Below are positions 9,701 to 17,875 of a stretch of DNA of 43,396 nucleotides, in pieces. The notes beneath the pieces are model-generated. The model did no database searches. It was given only the letters and a program-made list of their open reading frames with translations, and was not told the DNA's origin. Both the position numbers and the translations under genes were made by a program. Source of the DNA: an uncultured Candidatus Poseidoniales archaeon. Its GTDB lineage: Archaea > Thermoplasmatota > Poseidoniia > Poseidoniales > CAYMED01. The stretch's first letter is position 1; the number at the start of each line of letters is the position of its first letter. The stretch lies in the NCBI GenBank assembly GCA_964389655.1, contig CAYMED010000019.1:1-43396 (forward strand), given 5' to 3'.

Positions 9701-9770
9701 CCATCAAAAGGAACTGAATGCCTTTACTTGTCAAAGTTGTGAGTGGATGGATTCTAGTCAATGCCCAGAA

Positions 9771-10577
9771 TTATTCCTCCTGAGATCTTTTCACCGTATT
9801 TTTGCGTCGAAATTCAAGATATATGATCGCAGATAATCCCATAATACAAGCCCCCTCAATGGCCGTCAACCCAATGTATATGTCTCTCGGGGAACTACTC
9901 AATGTCCATCGTCGTGGTTTAAGACGCTCAGATAGAAGGCGCCATGCAAGATATGTTCCCATCCATACACGAAAGGAAAGTCCATCTCGCAATGGCCGGA
10001 CCCGATTCCATATCTCTGCCCCCATCAAAAATGTGATGAGCACTAGAATTTCGAGAATTCGAACTGGATGTCGAGATATCCCATCACCAAAATCAATTCC
10101 CCAAAACCAAGTGGTTGGGGCACCATGAGTCATGTCATCAAGACCAGATAAGACACACCCAATCCGGCCAATGATTATTCCAATCGTGAGTGGGAAAACT
10201 AGAGCATCGCCAGTTGAACGTGTTTCTCCGAGTTTCTTTTTTGTGATTTCTACAGCTATCCATCCTCCAAGAAGTCCACCGACCACAGTTCTACCTGAAA
10301 ACAATGACAGAATCTCGAGATTTTGTAATGCCTCAAGTGTGTTATGGGGGTGCTCAAAGAATGCAAGAAGATTAGCTCCTACAGCGGCACCAATTATTCC
10401 AGCCATCATACACAATTGACGTGTATCAAGGGGTATTGTATCGGAACGGTGTCGCCGAAGATAAAGAATTAATCCAAGTGTCGAGATTGCCCCAAGCATT
10501 TCGAATAATGGATGGGGATGGATTCGAAGAGGCCCAACCTCAATCCAGATCACTGGGTTAAGTGAGCTATTTATCAT
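9771..10577 (-). CDS. Prolipoprotein diacylglyceryl transferase (Lgt)-like membrane protein
   Basis: Lgt-style N-terminus (LNPVIWIEVGPLRIH), GRTVVGGLLGG, GIIIGRIGCVLSG, WGIDFGDGISRHPVRILE, YLAWRLLSERLK; about 7 TM helices. Confidence 0.85.
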   Translation of the reverse strand: MINSSLNPVIWIEVGPLRIHPHPLFEMLGAISTLGLILYLRRHRSDTIPLDTRQLCMMAGIIGAAVGANLLAFFEHPHNTLEALQNLEILSLFSGRTVVGGLLGGWIAVEITKKKLGETRSTGDALVFPLTIGIIIGRIGCVLSGLDDMTHGAPTTWFWGIDFGDGISRHPVRILEILVLITFLMGAEIWNRVRPLRDGLSFRVWMGTYLAWRLLSERLKPRRWTLSSSPRDIYIGLTAIEGACIMGLSAIIYLEFRRKNTVKRSQEE

Positions 10578-10630
10578 GAATGGAGCGAATCAATGTTAGC
10601 CTTCAAATTCTGTGGACACATCCCCAGTGT

Positions 10631-10978
10631 ATGGAACGTCCTTCTATTGAAATAATTGAACGACTCGAAGAGGGGCTCCGGCTCGTATGGTCTGACAAAA
10701 GTGAACATCAGGTTTCGTACAGAGAACTCCTTTTTTGGTGCCCTTGCGCAGGTTGTTCTCCTAAAAGAGATGATGAACAGATTGCAGAACAAATGTCCAA
10801 GGAGATTTCATCCTATGCAATTGCGAGGCCCGATATTGAAGCAACAGGGGGATATGCCATTCGCTTGAAGTGGGAAATTGGATGTAATAGCGGTATTTGG
10901 ACCTTTGACCGTCTATGGCGGCTGGCTATGGAAAAGGACCCTGATGAAGGAAAACCCTATGTCCACGGCGCATGGTAA
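10631..10978 (+). CDS. DUF971 / GBBH-like N-terminal domain protein
   Basis: LRLVWSD...CPCAGC...GGYAIRLKWEIGCNSGIWTFDRLW pattern. ATG 10631 preferred because 10580 would abut the divergent Lgt start. Confidence 0.8.
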   Translation: MERPSIEIIERLEEGLRLVWSDKSEHQVSYRELLFWCPCAGCSPKRDDEQIAEQMSKEISSYAIARPDIEATGGYAIRLKWEIGCNSGIWTFDRLWRLAMEKDPDEGKPYVHGAW

Positions 10979-11028
10979 TCCCCGCGCAATGGTGAAACGT
11001 CGTTGCCTGTTCGCAACACCATCCAAGT

Positions 11029-12618
11029 TTGGCTAGTTCCCACTTGGATGGAGGCGATGGCCTGATCGAAGAAGTGGAAGATGCTGAAGAGAGTTGGATG
11101 AAATTCTCTGAAGACGAACAACAAGTGGGTATTGACCTTTGGTCTGACCTCGTACCGGAAGATCAAATTGGTCAAGATTTTGACGAAGAATTTGAAATTG
11201 ATTTGGAGCCTCATTTGTTTGAAATTCCTTCAGCTCCAGCTCCAGCTGGATTATCGCATTTGGTTTCACTTGGGTTATGTGATTCCTGCCTTGGACGACT
11301 GGGTGGATTACAATCTGCAGGGGAGTCTCTAGGTGAGGCTGGTCTCAAAGTCCGATCAGAGGTTGAAAATAGAGACCCTGAATTGATTGTTGAGGGAGAA
11401 ACCGAAATTTGCCCATTGTGCGAGGGCCTTTTTGCAGATATTGAAATAGTCGGTGAAGAAATCCTGTCTTCGCTTTCAGATTTGGAGGTTGAGCGATTGC
11501 AAATCGGCCTACAACTTCCAGATGACCTTGTTGAAGATGACGAAGATGCACGAACCCGCATCGGAGCTCCGAGAAGTCCTGCACTAAAAGCTAGTTTGAC
11601 CGAGGCGATTGGAAATATTATCTGTGAAAATATGAAACATACTGAATTGGTAAACGACCATCCTGAAGTCGTCAGTTTAGTCGATTTGGTAACAATCAGT
11701 GTACGACTTGAAATTCGACCAGTTTACGTATACGGCCGCTATCTCAAACATGACAGGAACCTCCCACAAACAAGATGGCCTTGCCGTGCTTGTCGGGGTA
11801 GAAAAGGGGGATGTGATGCATGCCAAGGAACGGGCCTTCAATTTCCTGATTCCGTTCAAGATCTGATTGGCATGCCACTTGTTGAGGTATTTAATGGCGA
11901 AGATAATGCATTCCATGGTATGGGCCGTGAAGATCGAGATGTACGTTGTCTAGGCAAAGGGCGCCCCTTCGTTTGTGAGATCAAATCACCGAAAGCTAGG
12001 ACAATTGATTTTGCATCGGCAACCAAGAAAATTAATTCATCATCAGAGGGGAAAATAGAGATCTACTCATTGCGAGCATCGACCAAGCGAGAAGTTGTGC
12101 GAGTCAAAGACACTCCAGCGGAAAAAACCTATGAAATTGCGTTTAAAATGATTCATAGAGCACCATTTATCGATGAAAAGGCACTGGAGATTCCCGAAGG
12201 AAAACGTGGGCGCGGGCGCGGTAGGAGGAAAAAGAAGCCTCATTCAAATGATAAAGATGCGAAAGTGAAGGTAAATGAGGAAGGCCCTCTAGATGAAGAA
12301 AACCTCCTCGATGAATTGGATAATGAATCGATTCGAACAAGTATCGAATCAATTGGAGGCGTTACGCTTCGGCAACGAACTCCAGAGCGTGTGGCTCATC
12401 GGCGAGCAGACCGTGTCCGCGAACGGAAAATCATAAGCGCTACAGTTGAAAGAATTGAAGACGCGCTCATTGTAGCGCGCTTTCGAACCGAATCAGGCAC
12501 ATATGTAAAAGAACTCATTCATGGCGATGGTGGGCGAACACGACCTTCTTTAGCAGAAAAACTGGGCCGTGTGTGTGAGGTTGAGTGGCTTGACGTACTC
12601 GACATTCATGCAGATTAA
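11029..12618 (+). CDS. pus10: tRNA pseudouridine(54/55) synthase Pus10
   Basis: LCDSCLGR, CPLC, YGRYLKHDRNLPQTRWPC, FHGMGREDRDVRCLGKGRPF, QRTPERVAHRRADRVRER, GTYVKELIHGDGGRTRPSL. Start uncertain (11029 TTG or 11098 ATG). Confidence 0.95.
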   Translation: MASSHLDGGDGLIEEVEDAEESWMKFSEDEQQVGIDLWSDLVPEDQIGQDFDEEFEIDLEPHLFEIPSAPAPAGLSHLVSLGLCDSCLGRLGGLQSAGESLGEAGLKVRSEVENRDPELIVEGETEICPLCEGLFADIEIVGEEILSSLSDLEVERLQIGLQLPDDLVEDDEDARTRIGAPRSPALKASLTEAIGNIICENMKHTELVNDHPEVVSLVDLVTISVRLEIRPVYVYGRYLKHDRNLPQTRWPCRACRGRKGGCDACQGTGLQFPDSVQDLIGMPLVEVFNGEDNAFHGMGREDRDVRCLGKGRPFVCEIKSPKARTIDFASATKKINSSSEGKIEIYSLRASTKREVVRVKDTPAEKTYEIAFKMIHRAPFIDEKALEIPEGKRGRGRGRRKKKPHSNDKDAKVKVNEEGPLDEENLLDELDNESIRTSIESIGGVTLRQRTPERVAHRRADRVRERKIISATVERIEDALIVARFRTESGTYVKELIHGDGGRTRPSLAEKLGRVCEVEWLDVLDIHAD

Positions 12619-12681
12619 TTTTGATTCGATCAGTTCATAAGAACTGGGCCGGTGGCGCGGTCCCTTCAGGAGGGATTTCTC

Positions 12682-12969
12682 ATGCGTCGAAGCCACGGGC
12701 AGCGTCAAGGAACTCGCTCAATTCTACGTAAGCGCTCTCGTTTACGAGGGCGTGTTCAAATTCGCAGGGTCATGCATGCTTACGATGTAGGTGATCAAGT
12801 CTCAATTGTGCTCGATGGTGCACAGCCAAAAGGAATGCCACACCGTAGATTCCATGGATTGACTGGAAGTATTGTTGGGAAACAAGGACGCGCTTGGGTT
12901 ATTTCTGTTAAAGATGGAAATATGGATAAGTCTGTCGTAGCTAGACCAGAACATCTGCGTCCACAATAA
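12682..12969 (+). CDS. rpl21e: 50S ribosomal protein L21e
   Basis: MRRSHGQRQGTRSILRK...GMPHRRFHGLTG...VARPEHLR; GGAGG upstream of ATG 12682; follows pus10. Confidence 0.96.
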   Translation: MRRSHGQRQGTRSILRKRSRLRGRVQIRRVMHAYDVGDQVSIVLDGAQPKGMPHRRFHGLTGSIVGKQGRAWVISVKDGNMDKSVVARPEHLRPQ

Positions 12970-12986
12970 AAAGTGAGGGTGAAAAC

Positions 12987-13355
12987 ATGGCAGAGGATAC
13001 ATCAAACAGATATGTGGGTCCCGGAACAGTACGTGATCGACTAATCGATGCGCAAAAGCGAAGAGGAGACCTTTCTTTCATGCAAAAAGTAACTTTGTAT
13101 CAAGTTGAATGGGCAGCTAGTGACCAACGCATGGGTTACAAAGCTTCACCTGAGGTTTTTGATTCACTTTACGAACGTTTCATTGGAATGGAGAAACTCG
13201 AGAAGAACCCTGAGGTCGCCGCAAAGTTGGCTGAAATACTTCCACTTTCAAGTGATGATATCCGTGCGATTCTTGCAACTCGCCGTGTATCAATGTCGGG
13301 CGATGAAATTGAACAGGTTTTGGAAGCAATAGCTCAAGAAATTGGTGTGGAATAA
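12987..13355 (+). CDS. rpoF: DNA-directed RNA polymerase subunit F (Rpo4/Rpb4 family)
   Basis: Size and pattern (LSFMQK...AAKLAEILPLSSDDIRAIL...EIEQVLEAI) and the conserved archaeal position between rpl21e and DUF655. Confidence 0.85.
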   Translation: MAEDTSNRYVGPGTVRDRLIDAQKRRGDLSFMQKVTLYQVEWAASDQRMGYKASPEVFDSLYERFIGMEKLEKNPEVAAKLAEILPLSSDDIRAILATRRVSMSGDEIEQVLEAIAQEIGVE

Positions 13356-13387
13356 GAATAAGAAAATAACCCCAAGGGGGGACTTCA

Positions 13388-13945
13388 ATGACATTGATGG
13401 ATGGATGGGAGGCTGAGCCTTGGTCAGTAGAAACAAAGGCGTTCGTAATTGAGCAACCTCTCGGAACTGGAATTATTGAAGTTTTGACCGAAAATGGGCT
13501 TTGGATGTTACGTGCTCGTGCATCAATAAGTGCGGGAACCTTTTCCTCGGGCGATGAAATAAATTTGGACGGTACAGATTCCCGAATAGATAGGATCCTT
13601 GGAACTCTTGACCCTTCTGCTTTAGGACATAGGGCTATAACTGATTTGACGGAAGTGATTGCGACTTTGATACGCAAAAACCCTGAGGCCCATTTGAGTT
13701 TTTTTCGACGGGCCGGCCCCATGTCTCTCAAAATGCATTCTTTTGAACTTCTTGCGGGAATTGGTCCTTCTGCTGCCCTTCGAATGCAGGATGCACGTTC
13801 AGTACATGAATGGTCTACATTCGAGAAGATTGACTCGAGCTCTGGTATCGATTCAGTTCAATTGTTGGCTGGGCGCTATGGTGAGGAATTGCTCGACATC
13901 GAAATTCAGCCGCGCTTAGTTGATCTGTTGTTACGATCCTCATAA
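13388..13945 (+). CDS. DUF655 family putative RNA-binding protein
   Basis: FFRRAGPMSLKMHSFELLAGIG HhH-like motif; conserved synteny rpoF-DUF655-rsmA. Confidence 0.85.
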   Translation: MTLMDGWEAEPWSVETKAFVIEQPLGTGIIEVLTENGLWMLRARASISAGTFSSGDEINLDGTDSRIDRILGTLDPSALGHRAITDLTEVIATLIRKNPEAHLSFFRRAGPMSLKMHSFELLAGIGPSAALRMQDARSVHEWSTFEKIDSSSGIDSVQLLAGRYGEELLDIEIQPRLVDLLLRSS

Positions 13946-13959
13946 CATGTATACCTTTG

Positions 13960-14922
13960 ATGCGAACAAGGGCCTCCGGATCTATGCTTCCGATGGAGCC
14001 AGCCCCTCTTATCGCAGCACTCCGGCAACGACTACGACCGTCCAAGGACCTTGGTCAGCATTTTCTAACGGACCCTCAAATCCTTAGCCAAGCTTGTGAT
14101 AACGCCGGATTGCCTCAGTATGATGAGAATCATGATGGATTCAAAGTTCTTGAAATTGGAGCGGGCCCAGGTGTCCTTTCGACTCACATAATCTCTAGAT
14201 CTCAACACCTAACAGCAATTGAGGTTGACCCGTTCGCAATATCGCACCTTGAAACGCTATTTTCAGAATACATCAGTTGTGGGAAATTAAAAATCGTTGC
14301 AGGAGATGCCTTGCGCGTGAAATGGCCGGAGGCCATCAACAAGATTATTGCAAATATACCCTATGGAATTACGAGCCCACTTCTTGGAAGAATTGATGAA
14401 CATTATGGGGTGCTTTCGAATAATTCGAACCGACCTACATGTCTACTTTTGATCCAAAAGGAAGTCGCTGACCGACTTAGCAAAAAAGCAGTATCAAAAT
14501 CAAGATCCTCTCTCGCAATGACGCTACGGCTTGGATGGGATGTCGAATGCCTTGACAAAGTCAGCAAGACCAAATTTGACCCACAGCCCGCAGTCGATGG
14601 CCGTTTCATTCGCCTTTCACCAATCGAAAATAGAGCTGGGAATTCGACAATCCGACTTGCCAAACGCTTGATTCGTTCAGGATATTCCATGAGGCGAAAG
14701 CGGCTTTCAAATGCCCTTCGTCAGCGGCCTCCTCGGCATCTTAATCGCATAGAGGGATGGGATACACGTGATTGGCAAACGATTCTTACACGTGCTATGG
14801 AGGGTGATGAAGAACGTCTATCCCTGCGTGCTGAAGTGCTATCATGTGAGGATTGGATCGAATTATCATCATACTTTGAAAAGGTCAAATCCTTGCTTAA
14901 TGATGAACCGACAGTTACATGA
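13960..14922 (+). CDS. rsmA: 16S rRNA (adenine-N6,N6)-dimethyltransferase RsmA/KsgA
   Basis: PSKDLGQHFL, VLEIGAGPGVLS, IIANIPYGITSPLL, IQKEVADRL, FDPQPAVD, RRKRLSNAL. Start may be a few codons downstream. Confidence 0.95.
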   Translation: MRTRASGSMLPMEPAPLIAALRQRLRPSKDLGQHFLTDPQILSQACDNAGLPQYDENHDGFKVLEIGAGPGVLSTHIISRSQHLTAIEVDPFAISHLETLFSEYISCGKLKIVAGDALRVKWPEAINKIIANIPYGITSPLLGRIDEHYGVLSNNSNRPTCLLLIQKEVADRLSKKAVSKSRSSLAMTLRLGWDVECLDKVSKTKFDPQPAVDGRFIRLSPIENRAGNSTIRLAKRLIRSGYSMRRKRLSNALRQRPPRHLNRIEGWDTRDWQTILTRAMEGDEERLSLRAEVLSCEDWIELSSYFEKVKSLLNDEPTVT

Positions 14923-14978
14923 TTGGACATAAGGTTCAACCGAGGAGGCTGGTTCGGCCCTTTTCGGGAAGGGATGTA

Positions 14979-16061
14979 ATGGCCAAGAAGGACACCTTTC
15001 TAGCACTCGTTCGAAGAGGTATTGACGAGGCAACTGCGACCCATCTTGCAGAAGCAGGAGTTAAAATAGGTGACTTGAAAAAGATCGGACAGGAACAACT
15101 TCAGCAAAATTATGGTCTCAAGGCAAAAGTTGCAGAATCAGTCATCAATGCAATTCGAAGTGGCCCAACAGCAACAAGCCGTCAACGATATCTCTCTGGA
15201 ATTCTCGCTGAAAAGAAAAAGAAGGGGAAAGTTGAGGAAGTACGTTGGAAAAGAGAACAAAAAAGCCATCTTTCTAAACTTCAAGAAGAGCGCGAGCGCC
15301 TCAGACAGGCCCGGGTAGATCAATTTCGATCTCACAAACTTATCATGAACCGACTTGGCAAAACAATCGATCTAATTGTCAAACTTGAGAATAATTTTGA
15401 TGACGAAGGGAAAGACGATCAACGTGCAAAATTACGTGATCAATTAGAAACACGTGGACTTGAAGCAGCGCGCGACCATGAAGCCCTAAACCTCCCCGGT
15501 GTTCCCCAAGATATCGCCGACTTCCGCCGCAAGACCGTCCCAGTTCGCTGTTTTCATGCGTGCCCTGAATGTGGGGATGAAATCAACCCCACGTCGGGAC
15601 TCAGCACAGATGACCCTGATGATTGGAGTATTATGTGCTGGGATTGTGAGCACGAAGTTCGTTCAACTCTTTGTGACAGAGTTGAAGAATTGCTTGTGAA
15701 CGGCGAGCGCATCAAGATAGAAGGCAAGATAAAACCACGAAATGAAGTTCCATTACGTCCACTCGCCCCGATACAATCTGTGGATGAATTGATCGCAGAT
15801 GACCTCAAACGCACTGGTGCAACAGCAGACCATATCGCCGAAGCTGCGAAGGCATCTGATCTTGCAGGTGGGTTGATGGATATTATGGAATGGATTGACC
15901 AAACCATTGCTGCTAAAGGATATATTCAATCTCAGGAAGATCGTGACGATTTCATCTTAAGAACTGGTGCTGGTGCAACTAAGTTCAATAAATGGATGAA
16001 GAAGGCGGGACTTGTCTTCAATAAGCAAACAGGCCGCTGGACGCGATATGAAGGCCTATGA
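14979..16061 (+). CDS. Uncharacterised protein with N-terminal HhH-like segment, coiled coil and Zn-ribbon
   Basis: Long clean ORF from MAKKDTF; RGIDEATATHLAEAG...YGLKAKVAESVINA; CPECG...CWDC; stop overlaps the next start. Confidence 0.75.
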   Translation: MAKKDTFLALVRRGIDEATATHLAEAGVKIGDLKKIGQEQLQQNYGLKAKVAESVINAIRSGPTATSRQRYLSGILAEKKKKGKVEEVRWKREQKSHLSKLQEERERLRQARVDQFRSHKLIMNRLGKTIDLIVKLENNFDDEGKDDQRAKLRDQLETRGLEAARDHEALNLPGVPQDIADFRRKTVPVRCFHACPECGDEINPTSGLSTDDPDDWSIMCWDCEHEVRSTLCDRVEELLVNGERIKIEGKIKPRNEVPLRPLAPIQSVDELIADDLKRTGATADHIAEAAKASDLAGGLMDIMEWIDQTIAAKGYIQSQEDRDDFILRTGAGATKFNKWMKKAGLVFNKQTGRWTRYEGL

Positions 16062-17875
16062 GTGAATCGCTTGATTCATTGGTGTGTGCTGATTCGATGA
16101 CTCTTGTGCAGACCGCCTCTCCCCATCCTTTGAAACGGCTGATAAATCATGCGAAGCCACATAGGAGTACACTTCGAAGAGCAACTTTTTGTTCGATTAT
16201 GAATAAAATTTTCGATCTTGCACCCCCTCTTCTCATTGGGGCTGCTGTTGATGTGGTCGTAACTCGAGAGAATTCTCTTATCGCACGATCTGGGTTCACG
16301 GATCCCTTTCACCAGTTACTTATTCTTGCGGCTTTAACTATCCTTGTTTGGTCAGGCGAATCCTTGTTCCAATATTTGTATGGGGTCCTTTGGCGTTCAT
16401 TGGCCCAGGCAGTTGAGCATGACTTACGAATTGAGGCTTGGAGACATGTGCAGGACCTAGAAGTTGCGTGGTTTAGCCAACGGCCGAAGGGTGAAATCAT
16501 GTCTATTTTAGTTGATGATGTCAATCAGCTTGAGAGATTTCTAGATGTGGGTGCAAATGACCTTCTTCAAATTGCTACGACAGTTGTGATTGTTGGGACA
16601 ATATTCATGGTTCTTTCGTGGCCTGTAGCCCTACTTGCCTTTCTCCCCATTCCTGTTATTTTATGGGGTTCTTTCCGATTCCAAAGAAAAATAGGACCAA
16701 AATATGATGAGATGCGTGCCGAAGTAGGACGCTTGAATGCCCTTGTAGAAAATGATTTAACAGGGATTGAAACAATCAAGTCCTTCACTGCCGAAGAGCG
16801 CGAAGCAGAGCGCCTTCAAGACGCCTCAACTCGATACCGGGAGGCGAATGAACGCGCAATCCGAATCTCTGCAGCTTTTGTTCCTCTAATCCGTATGGCT
16901 ATTCTACTCGGATTTTGTGCCACCCTTCTTTTGGGCGGCTGGTTTACACTTCAAGAAGTTCTATCTGTCGGTGCCTACAGCGTTCTCGTCTTTTTGACAC
17001 AGCGGCTTTTGTGGCCATTAACTCGTCTCGGTGAGACTTTTGACCTGTACCAGCGCGCAATGTCTTCTTCCACGCGCATTCTAGATTTAATCGATACACC
17101 AATTGACGTAGAAGATGGGGTGCATGTGTGCCTAGATGAGGAAGCCCGTCAATCGATTTCATTTCATAAAATTATTTTTGGATATCCAAACCGAGAACGC
17201 GTGTTTGAAGAACTCGATTTAACGGTAAATGCAGGATCTACACTTGGGCTTGTTGGACCAACCGGCGCTGGAAAAACGACACTTGTTGCATTGCTTTTGA
17301 GATTCTTTGATCCTGAACGCGGCCGTGTTAGCATTGGCGAACATGATGTGCGTGAATTAACTCTCGAAAGTCTACGCAGATCCATAGCATTGGTGAGCCA
17401 GCACACTCTTCTTTTCCCTACGACAATTGAGGAAAACATCCGCTATGGTCGTCCCGACGCGACTGATGAAGATGTCTTGGCCGCAGCTGAGACGGCTGAA
17501 GCAACAGAATTCATTGAACGCCTTCCTAAGGGGATGAAAACCGAAGTTGGGGAAGGGGGGAAAAAGCTCTCTGGAGGTCAAGCACAACGCATCTCAATTG
17601 CGCGTGCCGTCCTCAAAGATGCGCCCATTTTAATTCTTGATGAGGCTACAAGTTCGGTTGATAATGAAACTGAAGCAGCATTACAACGCTCCCTGAGGCG
17701 GTTGCAAGAAGGGCGAACATCATTCATAATCGCGCATCGCCTTTCCACTCTCCGAGATGCTGACCGAATTGTTGTAATTGACGGCGGAAAAATCATTGAA
17801 GATGGGACGCACTCAGAACTTGTCACCTTGAAGGGGCTATATGCCGACCTTTGGTCGGTTCAAACGGGATCATGA
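16058..17875 (+). CDS. ABC exporter, fused permease/ATP-binding (MdlB/MsbA-like)
   Basis: TM domain followed by Walker A GPTGAGKT, signature LSGGQ, Walker B ILILDEATS, IAHRL. Confidence 0.95.
   Translation: MSESLDSLVCADSMTLVQTASPHPLKRLINHAKPHRSTLRRATFCSIMNKIFDLAPPLLIGAAVDVVVTRENSLIARSGFTDPFHQLLILAALTILVWSGESLFQYLYGVLWRSLAQAVEHDLRIEAWRHVQDLEVAWFSQRPKGEIMSILVDDVNQLERFLDVGANDLLQIATTVVIVGTIFMVLSWPVALLAFLPIPVILWGSFRFQRKIGPKYDEMRAEVGRLNALVENDLTGIETIKSFTAEEREAERLQDASTRYREANERAIRISAAFVPLIRMAILLGFCATLLLGGWFTLQEVLSVGAYSVLVFLTQRLLWPLTRLGETFDLYQRAMSSSTRILDLIDTPIDVEDGVHVCLDEEARQSISFHKIIFGYPNRERVFEELDLTVNAGSTLGLVGPTGAGKTTLVALLLRFFDPERGRVSIGEHDVRELTLESLRRSIALVSQHTLLFPTTIEENIRYGRPDATDEDVLAAAETAEATEFIERLPKGMKTEVGEGGKKLSGGQAQRISIARAVLKDAPILILDEATSSVDNETEAALQRSLRRLQEGRTSFIIAHRLSTLRDADRIVVIDGGKIIEDGTHSELVTLKGLYADLWSVQTGS

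Noticed and set aside
9541-9717. 58-codon plus-strand ORF in the gap upstream of the GDSL gene
   Set aside because: No recognisable features; the opposite strand has clear similarity to the neighbouring gene, which explains the region better.
13180-13731. 183-aa minus-strand ORF
   Set aside because: Antisense to rpoF and DUF655 within a conserved operon.
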